Assembly (NCBI GenBank): GCA_964368495.1
Contig: CAYJAJ010000003.1
Location: 776 to 64,775, forward strand
Length of the DNA: 64,000 bases
Origin: an uncultured Holdemania sp.
GTDB lineage: Bacteria > Bacillota_I > Bacilli_A > Erysipelotrichales > Erysipelotrichaceae
Direction of reading: 5' to 3'
Positions 11,033 to 20,144 of the stretch are shown one piece after another; position 1 is the first letter of the stretch, and each line of letters opens with the position of its first letter. The translations under genes were made by a program, and so were the position numbers. Below the pieces are notes generated by a model. The model saw only the letters and a list, made by a program, of their open reading frames with translations, was not told the origin of the DNA and did not search any database.

Positions 11033-11601
11033 AAAAAATAGCAGTATTTGCATCCGGTACAGGAACTAATTTCGATGCAATTACAAAATCAATTCAAGAT
11101 GGGTATTTGCGTGCTGAAGTTGTTTTAGTTGTAGTTGATAAACCGTCTGCATTGGTTATTGAAAAAGCTCATAATCAAGGGATAGAAACCTTCGTTTTTA
11201 GCGCAAAAGATTATGAAAATAAAGTTGCTTATGAAAAGGATATTGTAAAAAAATGTCATGAAAAGGGTGTTGAATGGATAGCTCTAGCTGGTTATATGAA
11301 ATTGGTTGGAGAGGTTCTTCTTGATGCTTATGAAAATAAAATTATAAATATTCATCCATCGCTTTTACCTGCTTTTAAAGGAAAAGATGCGATTAAACAA
11401 GCAATTGAATACAACGTAAAAGTTATGGGAGTATCAATTCATTATGTGGATGCGAGTTTAGATGGTGGAAAGATAATTGCTCAACAAGCGTTTAATGTGG
11501 ATGAAAAATTTACAAACGAAGAAATAGAGAAACAAGTACATGAGATTGAACATCAATTGTATCCAAAAACATTAAAAAAATTATTGGAGGATGAAGTATG
11601 A
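11029..11601 (+). CDS. purN: Phosphoribosylglycinamide formyltransferase
   Basis: 190 aa. GTG start overlaps the purM stop. FASGTGTNF ... LAGYMKL ... [12 protein letters not shown] motifs. Confidence 0.88.
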   Translation: MKKIAVFASGTGTNFDAITKSIQDGYLRAEVVLVVVDKPSALVIEKAHNQGIETFVFSAKDYENKVAYEKDIVKKCHEKGVEWIALAGYMKLVGEVLLDAYENKIINIHPSLLPAFKGKDAIKQAIEYNVKVMGVSIHYVDASLDGGKIIAQQAFNVDEKFTNEEIEKQVHEIEHQLYPKTLKKLLEDEV

Positions 11602-13130
11602 GAAGAGCGTTAATTAGTGTTAGTGATAAATCCAATTTGATTCCTTTTGTGAAAGGGTTAGTTGAATGTGGTTTTGAGATTATCTCTACAGGGGGAACTA
11701 AAAAATTTATTGAGGATGCTGGCATTAAAACTATCTCGATTGATGAAGTTACAAATTTTCCTGAGATGTTAGATGGGCGTGTAAAAACACTTCATCCGAA
11801 GATCCATGGAGGATTACTTGCGATTCGTGATAAAGAGAATCATGTGGCAAGCATGAACGAACATCACATTTCACCAATTGATTTAGTGTGTGTTAACTTA
11901 TATCCGTTTAAAGAAACAATTTCTAAAGCGAATTTTACTCACGAGGAAGCAATTGAAAACATAGATATTGGTGGTCCTAGTATGATACGAAGTGCTGCTA
12001 AAAATCATCGTTTTGTAACTGTTGTTACTGATGCATGTGATTACGATGTTGTCTTAAGTGAAATAAAAGAATATCAAGATACAAAATTTGAAACTCGTCA
12101 AAAATTAGCAGCTAAAGCATTTAGAACTACAGCTGCTTATGATGCAATGATTCAAGAATATTTTACTAATTATGTAGAAGAAGAAAACCCAGAAAAAATA
12201 ATAAAAGCATATGATTTAAAACAAACACTGCGTTATGGAGAAAATCCACATCAAGGTGCATCGTTTTATAGCGATATTAAAAAAGTACGCTATTCAATAG
12301 CAACAGCAGTTCAATTACATGGTAAAGAACTTTCTTATAACAACATCCAAGATGCAGCAGCAACACTTCAAATCTTAAAAGAGTTTCATGGTGAACCGGC
12401 AGTGGTTGCGGTTAAACATATGAATCCTTGTGGAGTGGGCATTGCTGAAGATATTACTGAAGCGTGGGAAAAAGCTTATGAATCCGATCCAATTAGCATT
12501 TTTGGAGGAATTGTGGCTTTAAATGAGGAAGTCAATGTTGAAATTGCTGAAGCAATGAGTAAAATCTTTTTAGAAATTATATTAGCTCCTTCCTTTGATA
12601 AAGAAGCATTAGAAATTTTGTCAAAAAAGAAAAATATTCGACTTATGACATTTGATTTAAATGGAGAAGATGCAGAAGATAAATGTGTTAGTGTAAGCGG
12701 TGGATTGTTGATGCAATCTGAAAATCATGTTCAATCTAGTTTTGATAACTGTGAAGTTGTTACAGAATTAATCCCAACAACAGAACAAATGGATGATTGT
12801 TTATTTGGAGAAAAAGTTGTAAAACATGTTAAATCCAATGCAATTGTAATAGTGAAAGATGGACAAACAGTTGGAATTGGAGCTGGACAAATGAATCGTG
12901 TTGGTGCAGCGTTGATTGCATTAAATCAAGCTGGTGAAAAAGCAAAAGGGGCAACATTGGCATCAGATGCTTTCTTTCCAATGAATGACACTGTTGAACT
13001 TGCAAGTAAATATGGTATCGCATGTATTATCCAACCAGGTGGTTCAATCAAAGATCAAGATTCAATTGATATGGCTAATGAAAAAAACATCGCAATGGTT
13101 AAAACTGGAATTAGGCATTTTAAACACTAA
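11598..13130 (+). CDS. purH: Bifunctional AICAR formyltransferase / IMP cyclohydrolase
   Basis: 510 aa. N-terminal MGS-like domain (RALISVSDK ... STGGT ... GRVKTLHP), with YGENPHQ and a C-terminal IIQPGGSIKD. Confidence 0.92.
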   Translation: MRRALISVSDKSNLIPFVKGLVECGFEIISTGGTKKFIEDAGIKTISIDEVTNFPEMLDGRVKTLHPKIHGGLLAIRDKENHVASMNEHHISPIDLVCVNLYPFKETISKANFTHEEAIENIDIGGPSMIRSAAKNHRFVTVVTDACDYDVVLSEIKEYQDTKFETRQKLAAKAFRTTAAYDAMIQEYFTNYVEEENPEKIIKAYDLKQTLRYGENPHQGASFYSDIKKVRYSIATAVQLHGKELSYNNIQDAAATLQILKEFHGEPAVVAVKHMNPCGVGIAEDITEAWEKAYESDPISIFGGIVALNEEVNVEIAEAMSKIFLEIILAPSFDKEALEILSKKKNIRLMTFDLNGEDAEDKCVSVSGGLLMQSENHVQSSFDNCEVVTELIPTTEQMDDCLFGEKVVKHVKSNAIVIVKDGQTVGIGAGQMNRVGAALIALNQAGEKAKGATLASDAFFPMNDTVELASKYGIACIIQPGGSIKDQDSIDMANEKNIAMVKTGIRHFKH

Positions 13131-14380
13131 TGGCTAAGGTACTAGTAATTGGAAGTGGCGGTCGAGAACATGCGATTGCCTACAAATTCAAACAAAGTGC
13201 AAATGTAGAGGAAGTGTTTGTAGCACCTGGAAATCCAGGAATGAGCGATGTTGCTACAATCTTACCAATTGCACAAAATGACTATGAAAAACTTATTATG
13301 TTTGTGAAGGAAAAACAAATTGATTTGACATTTGTTGGTCCAGAAATTCCACTTTGTGATGGAATTGCAGATATTTTTGAAAAAGAGGGTTTACAGGTAT
13401 TCGGTCCAAGTAAAGCAGCTGCAAAACTAGAAGGAAGTAAAGTATTTTGTAAAGAAATTATGAAAAAGTACAATATTCCTACAGCAGCATATGAAAGCTT
13501 TTCAGATTATCATCTTGCACAAGAGTATTTAAGTAAACAAGAGATGCCTATCGTGTTAAAAGCGGATGGATTAGCTGCTGGAAAAGGAGTAATCATCGCC
13601 TTAACGATGGAAGAAGCACAAGCTGCACTGCATGAAATGATGTGCAATAAATTATTTAGTGATGCAGGTTTATCAGTTGTTATTGAAGAATTTTTAGAAG
13701 GTGAAGAGTTTTCTCAATTAGCTTTTGTGAATGGTGACTTAGTTGTACCAATGCAAATTGCCCAAGATCACAAACGTGCATTTGATAATGATGAAGGTTT
13801 AAATACAGGAGGCATGGGAGCTTATACACCAGTAAATCATCTGCCTCAGGTCGCGATAGACGATGCAATTGCGCAAATTATGAAACCAATGGCTCAAGCA
13901 ATGGTTAGTGAAGGAACACCATTTGTAGGAGTTCTATATGGCGGTTGCATGTGGACAAAAAAAGGTGTGAAGACGATTGAATTTAATGTTCGATTTGGTG
14001 ATCCTGAAACTGAGGTTTTACTTCTATCAATGGAAGATGATTTATACGAAGTTTGTATGAAAGTTTTAAATAAGGAAGAAGTTACTTTAACTTGGAGTGA
14101 TGATGCAGTAATCGGTGTTGTTCTTGCAAGTGAAGGATATCCTGAAAACTATACTAAAGGTGCGGTTATTTCTGGATTAAGCGATGTTAATACACCAGTA
14201 TTTCACATGGGTACTGCAATAAATGATGGACAACTCGTGTCAAATGGTGGACGTGTTTTATTTGTAACTGCCAGTGCGAAAACGTTAAAGCAAGCGCAAG
14301 AAATTGTTTATCAAGAAGCTAAAAAAGTAAACTGTGATTCTTTATTTTATCGCAATGATATAGGAAGTAAGGGATTATAA
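13130..14380 (+). CDS. purD: Phosphoribosylamine--glycine ligase
   Basis: 416 aa. KVLVIGSGGREHA, an ATP-grasp core (LKADGLAAGKGV) and EFNVRFGDPE. Confidence 0.92.
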   Translation: MAKVLVIGSGGREHAIAYKFKQSANVEEVFVAPGNPGMSDVATILPIAQNDYEKLIMFVKEKQIDLTFVGPEIPLCDGIADIFEKEGLQVFGPSKAAAKLEGSKVFCKEIMKKYNIPTAAYESFSDYHLAQEYLSKQEMPIVLKADGLAAGKGVIIALTMEEAQAALHEMMCNKLFSDAGLSVVIEEFLEGEEFSQLAFVNGDLVVPMQIAQDHKRAFDNDEGLNTGGMGAYTPVNHLPQVAIDDAIAQIMKPMAQAMVSEGTPFVGVLYGGCMWTKKGVKTIEFNVRFGDPETEVLLLSMEDDLYEVCMKVLNKEEVTLTWSDDAVIGVVLASEGYPENYTKGAVISGLSDVNTPVFHMGTAINDGQLVSNGGRVLFVTASAKTLKQAQEIVYQEAKKVNCDSLFYRNDIGSKGL

Positions 14381-14384
14381 TAAG

Positions 14385-14416
14385 AAAAACTCTCTATCAT
14401 ATGATAGAGAGTTTTT
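14385..14416 (+). terminator. Intrinsic terminator after purD
   Basis: Perfect palindrome AAAAACTCTCTATCAT/ATGATAGAGAGTTTTT. Confidence 0.8.
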
Positions 14417-14573
14417 GATATGCCTTACAAATAAAAAATAAACATTTCTGTTTATAGTAGGGTTATATTATCTCATGCACATTCATTATAACATAGTTAA
14501 TTAAATATTTAAAGAATGTACATGTCATAACATATAATTTATAATAAATATATAGTTATAGGAGGAAACAACT

Positions 14574-15101
14574 ATGAAAATCGAAATAATTGGTAAAAAC
14601 ATTACAGTTACAGATGGAATGAGAACAAAGATTGAAAATAAGCTTAATTTTTTAGAAAAATATTTCTTGATTGATGAAGAAACTTCGGCAAGAGTAGTGG
14701 TTCGTGTGTATCCTAATAATCAAAAAATTGAAGTAACTATCCCAACAAAAATGGCAATCTTAAGAGCAGAGGTGGTTCACGATGACTTATATGCTGCTAT
14801 TGACTTGGTTATTGATAAATTAGAAGATCAAATTCGTCGTCAAAAAACGCGTTTATCAAAAAAACATAAAGAAAAATTGGCGATGTCATTCATTGAAGAA
14901 GAGAATGTTGTGATTGAACCTACAGATGTTATTGTTAGAACTAAAACAGTGAATGCAGAAGTAATGGATTTAGAAGAAGCAATTATGCGTATGGAAATGT
15001 TGAATCATAGTTTCTTTATCTTTACTGATGAAGAAACTGATCAAATTGCGGTTGTATACAAACGTAATGATGGCGGATATGGCTGCATTGAAACTGAATA
15101 A
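14574..15101 (+). CDS. hpf: Ribosome hibernation promoting factor (long HPF)
   Basis: 175 aa. N-terminal S30AE/RaiA fold (KIEIIGKNITVTDGMR...) plus the C-terminal dimerisation domain typical of Firmicutes long HPF (...FIFTDEETDQIAVVYKRNDGGYGCIE). Confidence 0.85.
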   Translation: MKIEIIGKNITVTDGMRTKIENKLNFLEKYFLIDEETSARVVVRVYPNNQKIEVTIPTKMAILRAEVVHDDLYAAIDLVIDKLEDQIRRQKTRLSKKHKEKLAMSFIEEENVVIEPTDVIVRTKTVNAEVMDLEEAIMRMEMLNHSFFIFTDEETDQIAVVYKRNDGGYGCIETE

Positions 15102-15110
15102 GATATTGAG

Positions 15111-15141
15111 AACACAGTGAAAACTGTGTTTTTCTTTTTTT
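15111..15141 (+). terminator. Intrinsic terminator after hpf
   Basis: AACACAGT-gaaa-ACTGTGTT followed by a T-rich run. Confidence 0.75.
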
Positions 15142-15208
15142 GTTGCATAAATTAGACAAATTTCACAGAGGGTAACAAAGTAGACTTAGTAATAGAAAGG
15201 AGAAAATC

Positions 15209-15928
15209 GTGGAAACTTATATTGAAGTTACTTGGTTGCTTTTACTGTTTATAACGTTAAGTGCACATTTATTGGCTAATGCCTTACTTTATCAAGTTAC
15301 AAACATGCCAAAAATAGTTGTGGTTTCACTAATCTCAACAACGCTCTCTACGCTGTATTATTCGAGTTTTGTAGGATTATTTTTAATTAAAATTATAGAA
15401 TGCATTTGTATATATAAATCGAATATAAAAGCAAGTATGCAAATGCTGATCATTCATCTTTTTTATTTGTCTATTGGTTTAGTTTGGACACACGGTAAAA
15501 TAGTGTGGATATTACTTTTTGTAAGAGATTCAAATACATCATGGATTGGTTTCTTAATTTTTTTAGTATTTGTAAATGTTGTTGTGAAAGTAATAGTAAC
15601 ACCAAAATTTGTAAAAAATGAATATGAAATGGAATTCTTGCTTGAACTGAATAACCATCAGCAACGGTGTATGGGATTTATTGATACTGGTAATTCCCTA
15701 AGTTATAAAAAGAAACCAGTTCTATTTTTATCAAATGATTATTTGAAGTTAACAAAAGATTTAGAAGGGCAGATTTTACATTATAAAACTGTAAATAAAG
15801 TATCTAGTTGTGTAGTATTTCCGTGTAAAGTACTAATAAATAAAACATGGAAGAAAGCCTATGTTTCCTACAGTGAACATATAAATAAGCCAATTGACTG
15901 TTTATTAAACCCACGGTTGTTTTACTAA
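15209..15928 (+). CDS. spoIIGA: Sigma-E processing aspartic peptidase SpoIIGA
   Basis: 239 aa, GTG start behind GAAAGGAG. N-terminal multi-TM region, then the GFIDTGN (DTG) motif. Stop overlaps the sigE start (TAATG). Confidence 0.75.
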   Translation: METYIEVTWLLLLFITLSAHLLANALLYQVTNMPKIVVVSLISTTLSTLYYSSFVGLFLIKIIECICIYKSNIKASMQMLIIHLFYLSIGLVWTHGKIVWILLFVRDSNTSWIGFLIFLVFVNVVVKVIVTPKFVKNEYEMEFLLELNNHQQRCMGFIDTGNSLSYKKKPVLFLSNDYLKLTKDLEGQILHYKTVNKVSSCVVFPCKVLINKTWKKAYVSYSEHINKPIDCLLNPRLFY

Positions 15929-16626
15929 TGAAAAAGCTATTTTATTGGATAAAAAGATTATTAAACTTAGAAGATACAGTTTTCTTTATTCAAGGTAATG
16001 ATGTGCTTCCTCATCCATTAAGTAAGGAGGAAGAACATGCAGCACTTTTGTTGTTAGAATCAGGTGATGTAGGTGCAAGAGACTTGTTGATTGAACATAA
16101 CCTAAGATTGGTTGTGTATATTGCAAAACGATATGAAACAAATCCTATTTTTATGGAGGACTTGATCAGTATTGGATCGATTGGTTTAATCAAAGCAGTT
16201 AACACATTTAAGATGGATAAAAATATTAAATTGGTTACGTATGCATCACGTTGTATCGAGAATGAAATACTCATGTATTTGAGAAAAAAAAGTCGACGAA
16301 AGAGTGAAGTATCTTTTGACGAACCATTGAATGTGGATTATGATGGCAATGAATTGCTATTAGGGGACATTCTAGGTACTCCCAATGATGTAGTAATTCA
16401 AGAATTTTATGCACAAGAAGATAAAAGACAACTAAATGATGCAATGAAAACGTTGGATGAAAATGAAAAAATGATTCTTAAAATGCGCTATGGTTTGGAT
16501 TGTGAAGAAAAAACACAGAAAGATATAGCAGATGTACTGGGTATATCTCAATCCTATATTTCTCGATTAGAGAAAAAAATATTAGCGAAATTAAAAAATC
16601 ATTTAATTAAACAAGAATTAAAATAA
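15928..16626 (+). CDS. sigE: Sporulation sigma factor E (pro-sigma-E)
   Basis: 232 aa. N-terminal pro-sequence, then NDVLPHPLSKEEE. Sigma-70 region 2 (NLRLVVYIAKRY, DLISIGSIGLIKAV) and region 4 HTH (TQKDIADVLGISQSYISRLEKK). Confidence 0.85.
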   Translation: MKKLFYWIKRLLNLEDTVFFIQGNDVLPHPLSKEEEHAALLLLESGDVGARDLLIEHNLRLVVYIAKRYETNPIFMEDLISIGSIGLIKAVNTFKMDKNIKLVTYASRCIENEILMYLRKKSRRKSEVSFDEPLNVDYDGNELLLGDILGTPNDVVIQEFYAQEDKRQLNDAMKTLDENEKMILKMRYGLDCEEKTQKDIADVLGISQSYISRLEKKILAKLKNHLIKQELK

Positions 16627-17262
16627 ACAAATGATAGTAAGAAATGTACCGTAGGCAATTAACATTGGAACAAAAGTATTTGTTTGATTATATATGTAAG
16701 AAGTACAAGTTGAAATTAGAAAAATATATGTGATGTTTGGAATAAGTGCAGCTCCTGTAACTGGTAAATAAGTTACAGAGGCAAATATTGCAAATGAAAT
16801 ACCTGATAAGGCAATAATTATTTTTTCATTCCCTGATATTTTCAGTCGATCTGTTAAACTCTTAAATACAATCAAAAACAGTGTCGCATATGTAAATGTA
16901 TATGCTAAAATTATGATTGGACTAAATAAAAGATAAGAATTCAAAACTTCTCTTTCCGGAATCCATATTGGCGCTTGTATCCATCGAACATTAACAAAGT
17001 TGATAATTAGTAAAATCACTAATGCGATAACTGAAAAATACACACCATCTTTTAAATTAGCAGAAAAGCGATGAATGTGCGTTTCTAGTGTTTTAAAGTT
17101 GAGTATAATTAGGATTAAACTTATTGTATGAATAACAAATGTAGTAGAAATTGTTGTATTAAGTGTGAAGTTGTTTGTGTAGTTAATGGCTGAAGGTATT
17201 AGAAAAAATAAACCTAAATTAATAAAAATTTGCCATAAAGGTATTTTAGTTGGACTGTTCAT
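16618..17262 (-). CDS. Polytopic membrane protein, unknown function
   Basis: 214-aa minus-strand ORF with a GGAGGA SD. About 6-7 hydrophobic segments. Converges on sigE, with a 9-nt overlap of the 3' ends. Confidence 0.55.
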   Translation of the reverse strand: MNSPTKIPLWQIFINLGLFFLIPSAINYTNNFTLNTTISTTFVIHTISLILIILNFKTLETHIHRFSANLKDGVYFSVIALVILLIINFVNVRWIQAPIWIPEREVLNSYLLFSPIIILAYTFTYATLFLIVFKSLTDRLKISGNEKIIIALSGISFAIFASVTYLPVTGAALIPNITYIFLISTCTSYIYNQTNTFVPMLIAYGTFLTIICLF

Positions 17263-17384
17263 AATTTTCCTCCATTTATCTATTTTATGTTAAAAATGCA
17301 AATTTGTACAGAGATGATAAAAATATGTGTTTTTTCATAGGAATTAATTTTTTTTGGAGAATATATAGAATAGGAGGAACTAAT

Positions 17385-17711
17385 ATGTATGATGAAAGTT
17401 TAACTATACAGCAAAAAGAACAGATAATGAATTATTTAATGAAATGTTATCGAAAGTCTTATAATAGAATTAAAAAAGAAGAAAGCATGGAAGTAAGGGA
17501 AAATCATACAGTATACTTGCACGATAAAGCAACTTGTTTGTTAGTTGATGAAGCTTTACAAGAACTAAAAATGGAAGAAAGAAGAATAATTTTAAATGAT
17601 TATTTATATCTTGTGGATGAGCAATGGTACATGGGATATTATACAAAAAATACTTATTTACAGATAAAACACAAAGCTGTGGACCAATTTTTGCGTTGCT
17701 TGCATACATGA
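17385..17711 (+). CDS. Small hypothetical protein, possible sigma-70 region-4 / ArpU-like regulator
   Basis: ORF 17304..17711 trimmed to the ATG at 17385, behind a TAGGAGGA SD. The C-terminal pattern ERRIILNDYLYL...YYTKNTYLQIKHKAVDQFLRCL resembles the HTH tail of ArpU / small sigma-like regulators. The assignment is weak. Confidence 0.35.
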   Translation: MYDESLTIQQKEQIMNYLMKCYRKSYNRIKKEESMEVRENHTVYLHDKATCLLVDEALQELKMEERRIILNDYLYLVDEQWYMGYYTKNTYLQIKHKAVDQFLRCLHT

Positions 17712-17741
17712 AAGATGATAGGATGAAAACGAGGTGGTTAG

Positions 17742-17993
17742 ATGAATATTGAAGATTTAGTGATGACAATTGTAACTGAAAAGTTAAGTAAAACATCGAT
17801 TTATACTACAGAAACTCAATTTGATAAATTAGGATTGGATTCTATGGATATCATGGCGATAGCATTAAAAGTTGAACAGCAATGTGATGTTACTTTTGAA
17901 GATAATCAGATATTGAAGTTTTCATGTGTGCAAGACATTGTAGATAACATAAGAGCACAAAATGAAAATAATATTTATATTAGTGAAAAATAA
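17742..17993 (+). CDS. Acyl/peptidyl carrier protein-like (phosphopantetheine attachment motif)
   Basis: 83 aa. LGLDSMDIMAIALKVEQQCDVTFED fits the carrier-protein DSx serine motif and helix II. No adjacent synthase or ligase. Confidence 0.6.
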   Translation: MNIEDLVMTIVTEKLSKTSIYTTETQFDKLGLDSMDIMAIALKVEQQCDVTFEDNQILKFSCVQDIVDNIRAQNENNIYISEK

Positions 17994-18011
17994 GTTAAAA
18001 TAAGTTAAAAT

Positions 18012-18036
18012 AAAAGGTGAGAGCACCTTTTATTTT
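18012..18036 (+). terminator. Hairpin after the carrier-protein gene
   Basis: AAAAGGTG-agag-CACCTTTT followed by ATTTT. May be a partial terminator/attenuator, because the next gene starts 16 nt later. Confidence 0.5.
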
Positions 18037-18051
18037 GAAATGAGGATAACA

Positions 18052-18522
18052 ATGAAAAAAGTGGTATTTATTTCGTCTACTGGAGGACATTTAAAAGAAC
18101 TGTTGCAACTTCAACCTATCTTTGGTGAAGTAAAGGCAACAATAATAACAGAAAAGACGAAATCAAATGAAAATTTATATAAAGAACTTAAGTGTGCGGT
18201 GAAGTATTTGATTTATGGTACAAAGAAAAATTTACTTAGCTATCTTTTTGTTTTTGGGTTTAATAGTGTTAAATCACTTTTCTTATTTATTAAAATAAGA
18301 CCTGATGTAATCGTAACAACAGGCACACATACTGCTGTTCCAATGTGCTTCATTGCACATTTCTTCAAAAAGAAAGTGATTTGGATAGAAACCTTTGCCA
18401 ATAGTAAAACACCAACACAGGCAGGAAAAATAGTATATCCAATTGCTGATACTTTTATAGTGCAGTGGGAAAGTATGTTAGAACTATATCCAAATGCAGT
18501 TTTAGGGGGGTGGATTTTTTAA
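18052..18522 (+). CDS. Alg14-like glycosyltransferase membrane subunit (PssD/CpsF-type)
   Basis: Trimmed to the ATG at 18052 (SD GAGGA). KKVVFISSTGGHLKELLQL ... VTTGTHTAVP pattern, about 156 aa. Pairs with the Alg13-like gene downstream. Confidence 0.6.
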   Translation: MKKVVFISSTGGHLKELLQLQPIFGEVKATIITEKTKSNENLYKELKCAVKYLIYGTKKNLLSYLFVFGFNSVKSLFLFIKIRPDVIVTTGTHTAVPMCFIAHFFKKKVIWIETFANSKTPTQAGKIVYPIADTFIVQWESMLELYPNAVLGGWIF

Positions 18523-18998
18523 TGATTTTAGTTACATTAGGGACACAAGATAAAGAATTTACACGTCTACTTAAAATGCTTGAAGATGCAATCGTCCAAT
18601 TAGAAATAAAAGATGAGGTACTTGTGCAAGCGGGGTATACTAAGTATGAAAGCAGTCGTATGCAAATATTTGACTATATCGGTATGAGTGAATATGATCA
18701 GCTTTTAAAGAAATGTGACTTGTTAGTTACCCATGGTGGAGTTGGCACAATGTTGACAGCACTACAAATGAATAAAAAGATTATTGCATGTCCAAGGCTG
18801 GCAAAATATGAAGAACATCACAATGATCATCAACAAGAGATTGTTGACAGTTTCAGCAAAAAAGGGTATATTCTAGCATGTAACAATTTAGATGAGTTAG
18901 TTGAGGTTTTAAAACAAGCCGAAAAGTTTACTCCAAATAAGTTTGAAAGTAATCATGTTCGATTTTTAGAGCTAATAAAAAAAGAAATCGGTGTTTAA
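18522..18998 (+). CDS. Alg13-like glycosyltransferase catalytic subunit (PssE/CpsG-type, GT28 C-terminal domain)
   Basis: Trimmed to the ATG at 18522, which overlaps the upstream stop (TAATG). MILVTLGTQDKEFTRLL ... LLVTHGGVGTM ... HHNDHQQE. Confidence 0.6.
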   Translation: MILVTLGTQDKEFTRLLKMLEDAIVQLEIKDEVLVQAGYTKYESSRMQIFDYIGMSEYDQLLKKCDLLVTHGGVGTMLTALQMNKKIIACPRLAKYEEHHNDHQQEIVDSFSKKGYILACNNLDELVEVLKQAEKFTPNKFESNHVRFLELIKKEIGV

Positions 18999-19027
18999 AC
19001 TGTTAATTGTTAAATAAGGAGTAGTTA

Positions 19028-19942
19028 ATGGAAAGTTCAGGTTTAATTAAAGATAAAGAATTTAAAGAAATATTAAATCAAATAGGCTTTGGCATATTAT
19101 TGTATTTAGGCATTATTTTTATTGTTTATTTTGGGTATTATTATTTTATAGATAATTATCCACACATAGTAGAAAACTATGTTTTGGAGTCGATCACAAT
19201 GACTCTTGAAATAATAGTTAGTATATGTACATATTATGTGCCGTTTGCAATGATTTCTAAAATTGTCAAAATAAGTCAAAAGAATGTTTTAAAATTTCCA
19301 AATATAAAAATAAAAAGTCTTTTTGCATATACATGCATGTTGATTTCTGCTTATTTTTTAATTGTGTTTTTATTTAGTGGAATATATGCAGTGTTTGGAG
19401 TGCACAATCAGATAAACAGTGTTTATTTTTCAAGTGAAACTGTTTTGTTTCGCGTTATTTATTGTCTTTATTTTGTTTTGTTGCTTCCTTTTTTTGAAGA
19501 ATATGCATTTAGAGGTGTGATTTTACAACTAACAAGTAAGTTTGGTGCTATTTTTGCAATGGTATTAACATCGCTAATTTATGGTTTGTTTTTGTTGGGG
19601 CGTGGAGATTTTTTTACAAATGTAGTAATTAGCTTGATTTTATCTTTAATCGCAATGATGTATCAAAGTATAATTCCTGGGGTCATTATGCGTATGGGAT
19701 TAAATTTACTAATTGTGGGATCGATTTATTTACCAGCGGAATATAGTTGGAGTATCGGTTTTATTGCAATAATTTCATATATTGTTACTGCATACCATTT
19801 ATTTAAAAGTAGAAATAAACAAATTGTATTAAATGAAGCTATATCATTTAGAAAATCGTGGAAAATTTTCTTTTCATCTTTTGTGATGATAGGAGCTCTT
19901 ATTTTGTTAATTGCAAAAGGAGCATATTACTTTATTAATTAA
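19028..19942 (+). CDS. CPBP family intramembrane glutamic endopeptidase (CAAX protease/Abi-like)
   Basis: 304 aa, multi-TM. FFEEYAFRGVILQ (EExxxR motif). Confidence 0.65.
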   Translation: MESSGLIKDKEFKEILNQIGFGILLYLGIIFIVYFGYYYFIDNYPHIVENYVLESITMTLEIIVSICTYYVPFAMISKIVKISQKNVLKFPNIKIKSLFAYTCMLISAYFLIVFLFSGIYAVFGVHNQINSVYFSSETVLFRVIYCLYFVLLLPFFEEYAFRGVILQLTSKFGAIFAMVLTSLIYGLFLLGRGDFFTNVVISLILSLIAMMYQSIIPGVIMRMGLNLLIVGSIYLPAEYSWSIGFIAIISYIVTAYHLFKSRNKQIVLNEAISFRKSWKIFFSSFVMIGALILLIAKGAYYFIN

Positions 19943-19946
19943 TAGT

Positions 19947-20034
19947 GAGGAGTTGGCCGAGCGGTTTAAGGCACCATCTTGGAAAGGTGGCGAAGTGAAA
20001 GCTTCCGTGAGTTCGAATCTCATGCTCCTCGCCA
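19947..20034 (+). tRNA. tRNA-Ser (anticodon GGA)
   Basis: Manual cloverleaf. Acceptor GAGGAGT/GCTCCTC, D arm GCC-GAGCGGTTTAA-GGC, anticodon stem CCATC/GGTGG with loop TTGGAAA (GGA). Long variable arm, T arm GTGAG-TTCGAAT-CTCAT, encoded CCA. Starts 5 nt after the CPBP stop. Confidence 0.9.
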
Positions 20035-20062
20035 AAAAAAATTAAAACTAAATCCCATGTTC

Positions 20063-20092
20063 TTGCGAATCCTAACTCAAATATAGTATAAT
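20063..20092 (+). promoter_or_regulatory. Putative sigma-A promoter
   Basis: TTGCGA - 18 nt - TATAAT, located 50 nt upstream of the 20145 ORF. Confidence 0.5.
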
Positions 20093-20144
20093 TTTTAAGT
20101 TTCTATAAATGCACACGAATACTATATTTTGGAGGATTTAAACT

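Noticed and set aside
15145-15165. Spo0A-box-like sequence (TTTGTCTAAT on the minus strand) upstream of spoIIGA
   Set aside because: It is a single 0A-box-like heptamer with one mismatch to TGTCGAA, and I could not place a convincing -10/-35 pair. It is not enough to annotate.
17991-18010. Tandem duplication TAAGTTAAAA x2 after the carrier-protein gene
   Set aside because: It is a 10-bp duplication that includes the stop codon. It is probably a trivial slippage event with no evident function.
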